Shown piece by piece: positions 48,723 through 57,446 of a stretch of DNA of 64,000 nt. Position numbers and translations under genes: made by a program. The notes below the pieces were generated by a model. That model had not been told where the DNA came from. It saw nothing but the letters and a program-made list of their open reading frames with translations, and made no database searches. Positions within the stretch are counted from its first letter, which is position 1. Every line of letters begins with the position of its first letter. The stretch spans positions 1-64,000 of the IMG/VR virus record IMGVR_UViG_3300020810_001175, one strand, 5' to 3'. This stretch comes from a virus.

Positions 48723-49417
48723 TGAAATCATTTATAATACACGTAACATCAAATAAAAAGTCAGTTGAATATGCAAATATATGCTCAGAAAGTTGCAAAG
48801 GAAAATTCGATGCAGAACTTTTTGAAGGTGTGACACCAGAAACTTTACCTACATACGAAGAAAAATATCCATTCACACATATGGTGGACAGCAGAGCAAA
48901 AGACTTCAATGATCAGAACAAACTGTTATACAGAGTTAAAAAATCGTGTTTTATGAATCATGTAAGATTGTGGAATAAATGTATAGAATTAAATGAAACC
49001 ATTGCAGTAATTGAACAAGATTCGTTTTGCGTAAGACCTTGGCAACCAGTTAATTTTGACGATGTATTAATACTTAATTTTGAATCTGCATGGAATCAAA
49101 GAATCTTTAAAGGCTTCTGGAAAGAAGGACACAAAAAACCAAAAATTAAGCCAGGCGTGTTTGATTATGAATTCAATCAAATGATGCACTATCATAGAAA
49201 AAATTACTATCATAACAGTTATCGAATACCAGGCACCGCCGCATATGCTGTCACAGTGCAAGGTGCTAAGAAACTTTTAGACAGTTTAAACAAGAATGGT
49301 TGGGAACAATCTGATTATTTTGTAAATAACAAGAACGTAAGATTACAGGCATTTGGCCCTGAATTCTTTACATTTAAAATGCCAAATTTAAACATGAGTC
49401 ACGGTAAACATTTATGA
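48722..49417 (+). CDS. Glycosyltransferase family 25-like
   Basis: SFIIHV, FEGVTP, SCFMNHVRLWNKC, VIEQDS, PGTAAYAVTVQGAKKL. Confidence 0.75.
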   Translation: MKSFIIHVTSNKKSVEYANICSESCKGKFDAELFEGVTPETLPTYEEKYPFTHMVDSRAKDFNDQNKLLYRVKKSCFMNHVRLWNKCIELNETIAVIEQDSFCVRPWQPVNFDDVLILNFESAWNQRIFKGFWKEGHKKPKIKPGVFDYEFNQMMHYHRKNYYHNSYRIPGTAAYAVTVQGAKKLLDSLNKNGWEQSDYFVNNKNVRLQAFGPEFFTFKMPNLNMSHGKHL

Positions 49418-49989
49418 TGGTAGGTGAAAATAAATTTTCTGTAAAAACTTTACAAAGAATTCCTGAAAATTCAATAGGCGCAGAACTGGGAGTTTGGAAG
49501 GGAGATTCATCGAAATTATTTCTTAAGAAAGTAAAATTATTACATCTTGTAGATAGTTGGTCAGTGAGTCCTTACAATAATAGCACCGAGCATGGAACAT
49601 ATGAAGCATATATTGAACGTTATAAAAAAATTGTAGGTAGTAAAGATCCAAACGATTTTCAAAAGTATTATGACAAAATATATGAAGGTGTTGTGGATCG
49701 TTTTAAAGGACAACCTGTAAACATACACAGATGCACCACAACAGAATTTTTTGAAAGAAATAAAGATCTACAATTAGACTGGGTGTATGTAGATGCCGCT
49801 CATAGTTATGAAGGATGCTTAAAAGACTTGTATGGCAGTTTAAATATAATAAAAAAGGGTGGATTTATATTTGGAGATGACTACACAAACAAGCCTGGAG
49901 TGAACAAAGCGGTAAAACAATTTGTGAAAGAAACAGGATTGAAGTTTGATAATTTTTATAATAATCAATTCCAAATAGATGTAATCTAA
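49414..49989 (+). CDS. Class I SAM methyltransferase (Methyltransf_24-like)
   Basis: GAELGVWKGDSS, LVDSW, LDWVYVDAAHSYE, KGGFIFGDDY. Confidence 0.8.
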   Translation: MMVGENKFSVKTLQRIPENSIGAELGVWKGDSSKLFLKKVKLLHLVDSWSVSPYNNSTEHGTYEAYIERYKKIVGSKDPNDFQKYYDKIYEGVVDRFKGQPVNIHRCTTTEFFERNKDLQLDWVYVDAAHSYEGCLKDLYGSLNIIKKGGFIFGDDYTNKPGVNKAVKQFVKETGLKFDNFYNNQFQIDVI

Positions 49990-49995
49990 AATGTT

Positions 49996-50973
49996 ATGGC
50001 AAACAAATATGATTATTTTAATGTTGAAAAAGCAAAAATCAATCTAAAAAATAGAAAAGAAGAAATATACAATCATTATAATATTAGATATAACACTCCT
50101 GAAAAGATATTCATTGAATGTACTAATTTATGTAATGCAAGATGTACTTTTTGTTTTTATAAAAATAAAGCAGATGCCGGTTTTCCTAAAAAAATTATGT
50201 CGATTGATAATTTCAAAAATATAATCGAACAATACACATCTATAGGAGGCAAACATCTTGGATTAACTCCTACCCTTGCTGATCCTTTAACTGATCCGTT
50301 ATTTGCTGAAAGATTACAATATCTCGATACTACTAAAATTGAAACCTTAGATTTTTATACAAATTTGATAAGTTTTGGTCCAAAAGTTCAAGAAGCAGTT
50401 CGAAATTATAAAAGTAGTTTAACAATTAAAATTTCATTCACAGGATTTAATAAGCCAATGTATGATAAATTTATGGGCGTGGATAAATTTGACACAGTGA
50501 TAGAAAATATCGATAAATTAGCGAACATAGTACGTGGTAAAAAGAATGTACGTTATGACGTTATAATGAGATCATATGTCAACGATCAAAAAGAAAAAAA
50601 AGATTTAGAACATAAATTTAAAAAATCAAAAATTCCATTTACTATAATGAATGATGGCTTTGATACCTGGGGAGGATTATTAGAAGAACAATTAAAAGCA
50701 GACAAAGATATAAAAATTAGAGAACGTTTACCTAGAGTAGGTCCTTGTAGAGTAAGTTATATAAAGCCAGGTATTACGGTAGACGGTGATTTTAAAATAT
50801 GTGATTGTAGAGATGTGTTCGATAAGTTAGTTGTGGGTAATGTCTTTAAACAAACTATTAAAGAAATTTGGCAAGGACAAACTATTAAAGATTTGCGTAA
50901 AAAATTTTTTACTCCTGAATCATTACCTGAAGTTTGTCAAAATTGTGAAATATACGATAGCATATACAAATAA
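49996..50973 (+). CDS. Radical SAM protein with SPASM/twitch domain
   Basis: ECTNLCNARCTFC (CxxxCxxC); C-terminal C...DGDFKICDC...GN.....IKEIW...CQNC. Confidence 0.88.
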   Translation: MANKYDYFNVEKAKINLKNRKEEIYNHYNIRYNTPEKIFIECTNLCNARCTFCFYKNKADAGFPKKIMSIDNFKNIIEQYTSIGGKHLGLTPTLADPLTDPLFAERLQYLDTTKIETLDFYTNLISFGPKVQEAVRNYKSSLTIKISFTGFNKPMYDKFMGVDKFDTVIENIDKLANIVRGKKNVRYDVIMRSYVNDQKEKKDLEHKFKKSKIPFTIMNDGFDTWGGLLEEQLKADKDIKIRERLPRVGPCRVSYIKPGITVDGDFKICDCRDVFDKLVVGNVFKQTIKEIWQGQTIKDLRKKFFTPESLPEVCQNCEIYDSIYK

Positions 50974-50974
50974 A

Positions 50975-51580
50975 ATGAAAATTTATCAATACAAAGACTA
51001 TAACGAATATAAAAAAGCACAGGTAGATGCAAACGTAAAAAAACTTAAAAATGTATGGGTTCAAGAATCTACTATACATCAAATAAAAAATTTTAAGACA
51101 GATGCTACACAAATATTATGTCACGGTGTACGTAATGGTAAAGAATTAGAATTTTTTCAAAAGTATTATCCATCGTCTCAGATTATAGGAACAGAAATAT
51201 CGCACACAGCAAAACAATTTAAAAATGTTGTAGAGTGGGATTTTCATAATGAGAAAGAAGAATGGAAAAATAAATTTGATATAGTTTACTCTAATAGTTG
51301 GGATCATAGTTACGATCCAACAAAAAGTTTATCTGCATGGAAAGATCAATTAACAAATAATGGACATATATTTTTAGAACACGCTTACGAACCTAATCAT
51401 AATAAAGCGAAAATTACAGATCCATTAGAAATTTATCATGAAGAAATAATAAAATTGTCTATAGAATTAGGACTAATTTATGTAGATACTTTAACAGTAC
51501 ACGCAACCGAAGTGCGATACAAATCAAAAAAAACTGTAGATAGATATAAATCAAGAGTTTATATTTTTGGAAAAAAATGA
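50975..51580 (+). CDS. SAM methyltransferase-like protein
   Basis: ILCHGVRNG.E, GTEIS, DFH, FDIVYSNSWDH; start reassigned to MKIYQY. Confidence 0.65.
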   Translation: MKIYQYKDYNEYKKAQVDANVKKLKNVWVQESTIHQIKNFKTDATQILCHGVRNGKELEFFQKYYPSSQIIGTEISHTAKQFKNVVEWDFHNEKEEWKNKFDIVYSNSWDHSYDPTKSLSAWKDQLTNNGHIFLEHAYEPNHNKAKITDPLEIYHEEIIKLSIELGLIYVDTLTVHATEVRYKSKKTVDRYKSRVYIFGKK

Positions 51581-52242
51581 AAGCATTCATAATAACATTG
51601 ATGAAAGACGTTTGGAGTTTGTCATATGCTGAACGTTGTTTACAAAGTATACAAGAAACAGAAAGCGATTTGGAAGCCACGCTGTTCGAGGCTACTACTC
51701 CAGAAACAATTTTTCCAGTTGCTTGGACTTGGCCTACAGGCAAAAAAATAACTTGTCCTAAAACAAATTTGTTACTAAAACCATATAAAACTTACGATAA
51801 TAATAAAAGAATAGCCGCGGCACAAAGTCATTTTAGACTATGGCAAATGTGTGTGTCAATGAATGAACCTATTATGATATTGGAACATGATGCACTCTTT
51901 ACACGTAAATTTACAGAACCAAAACTATTTGACAATGTGGGAGCATACAGCATTAACGATCCCAGAGGATCCACATTTAAAGCAGAGGACTATCATAATG
52001 GTTTACAAGAAGGCTTTAACAATGTTCCGTGGGTAGCATCTAAAAACATACCACAAGGATTACCAGGACACTCTGCATATGTAATAACACCTTGGGCGGC
52101 TAAAGATATAATTGAAAAACAAGACAGCATTGGTTGGTGGCCCAACGATGCAATTATGTGCAGTCAATTGTGTGGATGGTTGTTTGTGTACAAGCCATAT
52201 TTTACCAAAACACAAGGCATCAAATCTACCACATCATTGTAA
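51577..52242 (+). CDS. Glycosyltransferase family 25-like
   Basis: AFIITL, FEATTP, AAAQSHFRLWQMC, ILEHDA, PGHSAYVITP.AAK, PND. Confidence 0.75.
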   Translation: MKAFIITLMKDVWSLSYAERCLQSIQETESDLEATLFEATTPETIFPVAWTWPTGKKITCPKTNLLLKPYKTYDNNKRIAAAQSHFRLWQMCVSMNEPIMILEHDALFTRKFTEPKLFDNVGAYSINDPRGSTFKAEDYHNGLQEGFNNVPWVASKNIPQGLPGHSAYVITPWAAKDIIEKQDSIGWWPNDAIMCSQLCGWLFVYKPYFTKTQGIKSTTSL

Positions 52243-52274
52243 ATACCTCCAATAAATATTTCAAAAGGATTCCA

Positions 52275-52997
52275 ATGAAAATTTTAGTTACAGGACACAA
52301 TGGCTTTATCGGCACACAATTAGTAAAAAGATTACAACAAGACAATCACGAAATAGTTGGCATAGACAAAAAATCTGATACAGATATTAACTCAAGCGAC
52401 TTGCCTAAAGTGGATTTAGTCATACATCTAGCAGGTATAGGCGGTGTGAGAGAATCTATGAAAGATCCAAAAAAATATTGGGACAACAATGTAGAAGGTA
52501 CAAAAAGAATTTTAGCACACTATCAAAACACAAGAGTACTATTTGCCAGTTCAAGTTCACAATATGATCCATGGAGAAATCCTTATGCGGCATCTAAACA
52601 CGTAATAGAATACATACCGCACCCCAACTGCGTGGCAATGAGATTTCACACAGTGTATTCAGACAAAGCCAGATCAGGAATGTTTTTTGACAAATTGCAA
52701 CAAGGTACATTGGAATATGTAACAGAACATACAAGAGATTTTGTACACGTAGAAGATGTTTGCGAAGCAGTAATGTGTTTAATGAAATCAGATTTTAAAG
52801 GTCCTATTGATATTGGAACAGGAGAAAGTGTGCGTATTGTAGACATAGCACCCAACTTACCTATCAAAGAAGGTATGCCTGGCGAACGTCCGCACACACT
52901 TGCAGACCCAACAAAAATGAAAGAATTAGGTTGGGAACCAAAATGGAGTGTGAAAAAATTCTTAGACTCTCAAGGATTTGAACACAATATAAAATGA
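52275..52997 (+). CDS. NAD-dependent nucleotide-sugar epimerase/dehydratase
   Basis: ILVTGHNGFIG, HLAG, ASSSS, YAASK, RDFVHVEDV; TAAATA at 52253; start reassigned to 52275. Confidence 0.85.
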   Translation: MKILVTGHNGFIGTQLVKRLQQDNHEIVGIDKKSDTDINSSDLPKVDLVIHLAGIGGVRESMKDPKKYWDNNVEGTKRILAHYQNTRVLFASSSSQYDPWRNPYAASKHVIEYIPHPNCVAMRFHTVYSDKARSGMFFDKLQQGTLEYVTEHTRDFVHVEDVCEAVMCLMKSDFKGPIDIGTGESVRIVDIAPNLPIKEGMPGERPHTLADPTKMKELGWEPKWSVKKFLDSQGFEHNIK

Positions 52998-53344
52998 AGT
53001 CAGGAAAGATTTGGGGCAAAACAGAATTAATCCATGCTAATGGTGTATTGGAATTTCATCGCATAGAATTTAAAGCAGGGTACAAGTGTTCAGAACACAA
53101 ACACAAATATAAGTGGAATGGATTCTTTGTTGAGTCGGGCAAGATGATTGTACGTGTTTGGCAAGATGCTGATCAACAAGGACTAGTTGACGAAACAATT
53201 TTAAATGCTGGAGATTACACCACAGTTAAACCGGGCAAGTTTCATCAGTTCGAAGGAGTCGAAGACGGTGTTGCTTTTGAATTATACTGGGCAGAATTCA
53301 ATCATGACGATATAGAGCGTAGAACTATTGGAACTAAATCATGA
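52994..53344 (+). CDS. Cupin (sugar isomerase-like)
   Basis: GKIWGKTELI, CSEHKH..KWNGFFVESG, PGKFHQF, FELYW. Confidence 0.7.
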   Translation: MKSGKIWGKTELIHANGVLEFHRIEFKAGYKCSEHKHKYKWNGFFVESGKMIVRVWQDADQQGLVDETILNAGDYTTVKPGKFHQFEGVEDGVAFELYWAEFNHDDIERRTIGTKS

Positions 53345-54021
53345 AAATATATGTAGGGTACGACACAAGAGAAGACATTGCCTATCAAGTGTGCGAACAT
53401 TCGATATATACTCATTCTAAAGAAGCGGAAGTGATGCCTCTCAATCAAGAACAACTACGCAAAGACAAATGGTATTGGAGAGAGTTAGATAAATTGGCTT
53501 CTACAGAATTTACATTCACAAGATTTTTAATACCAGCATTAGAAAATTATAAAGGTTGGGCATTGTTCTGCGATTCAGACATTGTTTTTATGAAAGATAT
53601 TAAAGAATTGTTTGATTGTGTAGACAACAAATATGCTGTGATGTGTGTTCAACACGATTACACACCAAAGCCTGGAATTAAAATGGATGGTCAAAAACAA
53701 ACGTTATATCCAAGAAAAAATTGGAGTTCGATGGTGTTGTGGAACTGTGGACACCCTTCAAATGAAAAAGTCACAGTTGATTTAGTAAACAATCCTAATT
53801 ATGACGGAGCATACTTTCACAGATTTAGTTGGCTCAAAGACGAAGAAATTGGTTCGCTCAGTCATGAATGGAATTGGCTTGTGGGATGGTACAAATCTCC
53901 ACAAGATGGTGAGCCCAAAGCCTTGCACTATACTGAAGGCGGCCCGTGGTTTAAAAACTATAGACACTGCGAATATGGAGATGTTTGGAAAAAATATCTA
54001 GCAGAAATGATGAACAAATGA
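53341..54021 (+). CDS. GT-A glycosyltransferase (GT8-like)
   Basis: IYVGYDTRE, STEFTFTRFL, FCDSD, YPRKNWSS, WNWLVG, HYTEGGPW. Confidence 0.8.
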   Translation: MKIYVGYDTREDIAYQVCEHSIYTHSKEAEVMPLNQEQLRKDKWYWRELDKLASTEFTFTRFLIPALENYKGWALFCDSDIVFMKDIKELFDCVDNKYAVMCVQHDYTPKPGIKMDGQKQTLYPRKNWSSMVLWNCGHPSNEKVTVDLVNNPNYDGAYFHRFSWLKDEEIGSLSHEWNWLVGWYKSPQDGEPKALHYTEGGPWFKNYRHCEYGDVWKKYLAEMMNK

Positions 54022-54022
54022 T

Positions 54023-54820
54023 ATGCACTATGCTTTTGACAAACAAGATGAAATACTACAACACTGGGTTAGAGGCCTAGGCTGTCATCATCTTCCTTAC
54101 GAAGCAATCAAAAAACTACCGATAGAAAACACAGTAAGTTTTAGAAGTTTAGCCAAAAGAAAAATTATAAACGATTGTAAAAAATCTGGTCGAACATTTT
54201 ATTATATAGACACAGGTTATGTGGGAAATTTAATCAAAAAGAAATTGTATCACAGAGTAGTAAAGAATGACGTACAACATAGCATAGTTTTTAATGTGCC
54301 TGATGATCGTTGGCAAAAAATTAAAAGAACTAGTCCAGAATTAGAATTTGTTGACTGGAGAAAGAATCACAAAGGAAAAATATTACTGGTTACTCCGAGC
54401 GAAAAGCCTTGTAAATTTTATAATATTGACAGAAATCAATGGGTGGAGAATACTGTTGCAGAATTAAAAAAATATACAGATAGAGAAATTATTATTAGAG
54501 ATAAAGGCAAACGCCATGAAAGAGTTGGTGCTGGCAGTGTTCCTTGGTATCTTATTAAAGAAAAAATTTATGCCACAGTGACCTATCAATCAATTGCGGC
54601 GATAGAAAGTGTTTGTGTAGGAGTACCTGCTTTTACCATGCAGAAGACAGCGGCTGATTCTGTAACTTCACAAGATTTAAGTAAAATTGAATCACCATTT
54701 TATCCATCTAAACATCAGGTTGAAAAATGGCAACACTGGTTGGCTTATTGTCAATACCACATTAAAGAATTAGGCACAGGTGAAGCAGTAAGAATTATGG
54801 AGGCACACGGACTATTATGA
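54023..54820 (+). CDS. GT-B protein, capsule biosynthesis (KpsS/KpsC)-like, paralogue 1
   Basis: YIDTGY, DRW, ILLV, L.KYTDR.I.IR.K, VTYQSIAAIESV..GVP. Confidence 0.5.
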   Translation: MHYAFDKQDEILQHWVRGLGCHHLPYEAIKKLPIENTVSFRSLAKRKIINDCKKSGRTFYYIDTGYVGNLIKKKLYHRVVKNDVQHSIVFNVPDDRWQKIKRTSPELEFVDWRKNHKGKILLVTPSEKPCKFYNIDRNQWVENTVAELKKYTDREIIIRDKGKRHERVGAGSVPWYLIKEKIYATVTYQSIAAIESVCVGVPAFTMQKTAADSVTSQDLSKIESPFYPSKHQVEKWQHWLAYCQYHIKELGTGEAVRIMEAHGLL

Positions 54821-55764
54821 TAAGTGTTGTTGGATATATGAAAGTTATTCCTCCTGGAAATAAAAAATTACAAAAGCCTTTGATTATTAAAAATTTTATT
54901 GAAGGTGTTAATAGATGTGGAGATAGAGGGATAATCAGTAATGGTTGGACAATAGTTCCTAGCGATATAGCAGTGTTACAAGGATTTGTACACCAACAAC
55001 CACAAAAGCATAGACATCTCATGTTGCGTAAAAGTGTGTACGAAGAGCAACAAAAAAGAAACAAACGCACAATGATTGTTGACAGTAGTTTGTTTTTGTA
55101 TGCTGATCCAACACAATCTAAAAATTATCTACGTTATGGTTATGATGGAATATTTCCTAATACAGCAGAATATTGTTATGATAACCCAGACCCATTGCGT
55201 TGGGAATTAATCAAAAAAGATTTAGGTATAGATTTAAAACCATGGAGATTGGGTGGTGGCAAATACATTTTAGTTTGCTGTCAAAGAGACGGTGGTTGGA
55301 GTATGGGTGGTTTAAAAGTAAACGTATGGCTACAACACACAATACAAGAAATAAGAAAATTTACTAAAAAAGAAATTAGAATAAGATTTCATCCCGGTGA
55401 TAAAATGTCTGTTCAATGGAAATCGCTTGTGCGTCAATGGATTAACTCTGGACAACCACAATATACCAATATTGTTATAAGTGGGGCCAAGGACTTGCGT
55501 GATGAATTTGTTCACGCTCAAGCAGTTGTAGGTCATAACTCTAGTCCTACTGTGGCATCAGTAATAGAAGGAATACCAACACTGGTAACAGATCCAGATA
55601 GAGCTCAGATTAAAGGAGTCAATTTAGAAAAGTGGGAAGACCTTGAAAATCCAAAAGAATTTGATAGAGAACTTTGGATTAGACGAATAGCACAAATACA
55701 CTGGACATTGGATGAAGTAAAATCGGGCTTGGCTTGGCAACACCTAAAAAAATATGTAAAATGA
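54817..55764 (+). CDS. GT-B protein, capsule biosynthesis (KpsS/KpsC)-like, paralogue 2
   Basis: LKPWR..G..IL.CCQ, IRIRFHPGD, VGHNSSPTVASVIEGIP, R..W...IA..HWT.DE...G. Confidence 0.5.
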   Translation: MISVVGYMKVIPPGNKKLQKPLIIKNFIEGVNRCGDRGIISNGWTIVPSDIAVLQGFVHQQPQKHRHLMLRKSVYEEQQKRNKRTMIVDSSLFLYADPTQSKNYLRYGYDGIFPNTAEYCYDNPDPLRWELIKKDLGIDLKPWRLGGGKYILVCCQRDGGWSMGGLKVNVWLQHTIQEIRKFTKKEIRIRFHPGDKMSVQWKSLVRQWINSGQPQYTNIVISGAKDLRDEFVHAQAVVGHNSSPTVASVIEGIPTLVTDPDRAQIKGVNLEKWEDLENPKEFDRELWIRRIAQIHWTLDEVKSGLAWQHLKKYVK

Positions 55765-56597
55765 TTAAAGTATTAACAACATTTCATAAACCTGGATTAG
55801 ATTTATATGGGCAAAGATTCTTAGATAGTTTTGCTCGTAATGTGGATAAACAAATTAAATTACTGGTGTATGCAGAAAATTGTTCACCAGTAAATCCGGA
55901 TTCATCTCAAATTGAAATTATTGATGCAAAAGAATTAATCAAACTTAATCAATTTAAAGCACGTTGGGGGAATGTACCTAAAGCAAATGGTAAATGTCCT
56001 TTTCCGGAAAAACGTCCAAGAGATCATCACAAAGAATTTAAATGGGACGCTGTAAGATTTGCCAACAAAGTATATGCTGTGTTTGATGCTGTAAATCGAA
56101 CAGAAGATGGATGGACTGTATGGATGGATGGAGATACCTATGTACACTCTGCTATTTCATATGATCAATTTCAAAATTTATTACCCAATGATAAATGGAT
56201 AACATTTGTAGGCAGAGGTAAAGGATCACAGACTTGGCCTGAATGTGGATTTTACGGATTGAATATTAAAAATGAAACCTGCAAAAAGTTTTTAAAAGAA
56301 TTTGAACGTATGTACGAAGACGCAGACAACGGTATATTCAAATTGATTGAATGGCACGACAGTTATGTCTTTGGAGATGTACTGAATAAACTCACACCTA
56401 TCGATAAAAATTATTTGGATTATGCTGAAAGTATTTTTAATCAAACAGCAAAAACAGGTGGAGGTGGACATCCGCTGATTAATTCAGTTTTAGGAAAATG
56501 GTTTGATCATATGAAAGGTGCTAGAAAAAATCAAGGCAAAAGTCAAAAGAAAGATTTGATCTCAAATAGATCAGAGACATATTGGAATGAAGTTTAG
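55761..56597 (+). CDS. Putative GT-A glycosyltransferase
   Basis: WDAVRFANKVYA, VWMDGD (DxD), ECGF, EWHDSYVF, DHMKG.RK; start at the ATGA overlap. Confidence 0.6.
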   Translation: MIKVLTTFHKPGLDLYGQRFLDSFARNVDKQIKLLVYAENCSPVNPDSSQIEIIDAKELIKLNQFKARWGNVPKANGKCPFPEKRPRDHHKEFKWDAVRFANKVYAVFDAVNRTEDGWTVWMDGDTYVHSAISYDQFQNLLPNDKWITFVGRGKGSQTWPECGFYGLNIKNETCKKFLKEFERMYEDADNGIFKLIEWHDSYVFGDVLNKLTPIDKNYLDYAESIFNQTAKTGGGGHPLINSVLGKWFDHMKGARKNQGKSQKKDLISNRSETYWNEV

Positions 56598-57423
56598 TTT
56601 GTTTACAGATTACGGTTCTTTAAACAGTCCTCCTGTGTGGGACGCTGTGAAATTAGGACTGTTGAAGTTGGGACACACTGTAGACGAAAACAATATAGAC
56701 ACAGATATTCCTGTGATATGGTCATTATTGTGGCATGGCAGGATGATAAAAAATAAAATTGTTTGGGACAAATTTAGATCACAAAATAAAAAAGTTTTAG
56801 TTATAGAAGTGGGCGGTATCAAAAGAAATTCAACTTGGAAAGTTGGTATCAACGGCATTAATAGACTGGCAGACTTTGGTCCTAAAAATAATGATGACAC
56901 AAGAGTTGCACAATTAGGATTAGACATAAGACCTTGGCGCACTCAAGGAGAACATATATTGTTGTGCTTACAACACGACAAAAGTGAACAGTGGAAAAAT
57001 ATGCCACCATTAGAACAATATGTATTAGAAACTGTTCAACGTTTACGACAGCACACTGATCGAAAAATAATTGTACGATCGCATCCTAGATGCATATTAC
57101 CAGCTCAACTGAGATTGGATAATGTTGTTTATGAAATTCCAAAACAGATTGATAACACATATGATGATTTTGATTTAAATTTTTCTAATGCTTGGGCCGT
57201 TGTAAGTTGGAGCAGTAATCCAGGCATACACGCTGTACTGAATGGAATCCCTGCATTTGTAGGAGAACAAAGTCTAGCATATGACGTTGCCAATCACGAT
57301 TTCAGCACCATTAACAGCCCAAAGACCCCTGATAGACAGCAATGGCTGAATGATTATGTTCATACTGAGTGGACTACAGAAGAAATAGCACAAGGTATAC
57401 CTTTTTCTAGATTGACTTTTTAA
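56587..57423 (+). CDS. GT-B protein, capsule biosynthesis (KpsS/KpsC)-like, paralogue 3
   Basis: IRPWR..G.HILLCLQ, IIVRSHPR, VSWSSNPGIHAVLNGIPAF, RQQWL.......WT.EEI..G. Confidence 0.5.
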   Translation: MKFSLFTDYGSLNSPPVWDAVKLGLLKLGHTVDENNIDTDIPVIWSLLWHGRMIKNKIVWDKFRSQNKKVLVIEVGGIKRNSTWKVGINGINRLADFGPKNNDDTRVAQLGLDIRPWRTQGEHILLCLQHDKSEQWKNMPPLEQYVLETVQRLRQHTDRKIIVRSHPRCILPAQLRLDNVVYEIPKQIDNTYDDFDLNFSNAWAVVSWSSNPGIHAVLNGIPAFVGEQSLAYDVANHDFSTINSPKTPDRQQWLNDYVHTEWTTEEIAQGIPFSRLTF

Positions 57424-57440
57424 CCAAAATCCGTTATACT
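57412..57440 (+). promoter_or_regulatory. Sigma70-type promoter
   Basis: TTGACT-17 bp-TATACT, 6 nt before ATG 57447. Confidence 0.65.
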
Positions 57441-57446
57441 TGTGAA

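Noticed and set aside
21069-57423. Bacterial LPS/capsule locus or a prophage-host junction
   Set aside because: The sugar genes are interleaved with core phage genes, carry phage late boxes and share the same motif avoidance; no integrase, att site or housekeeping genes are present.
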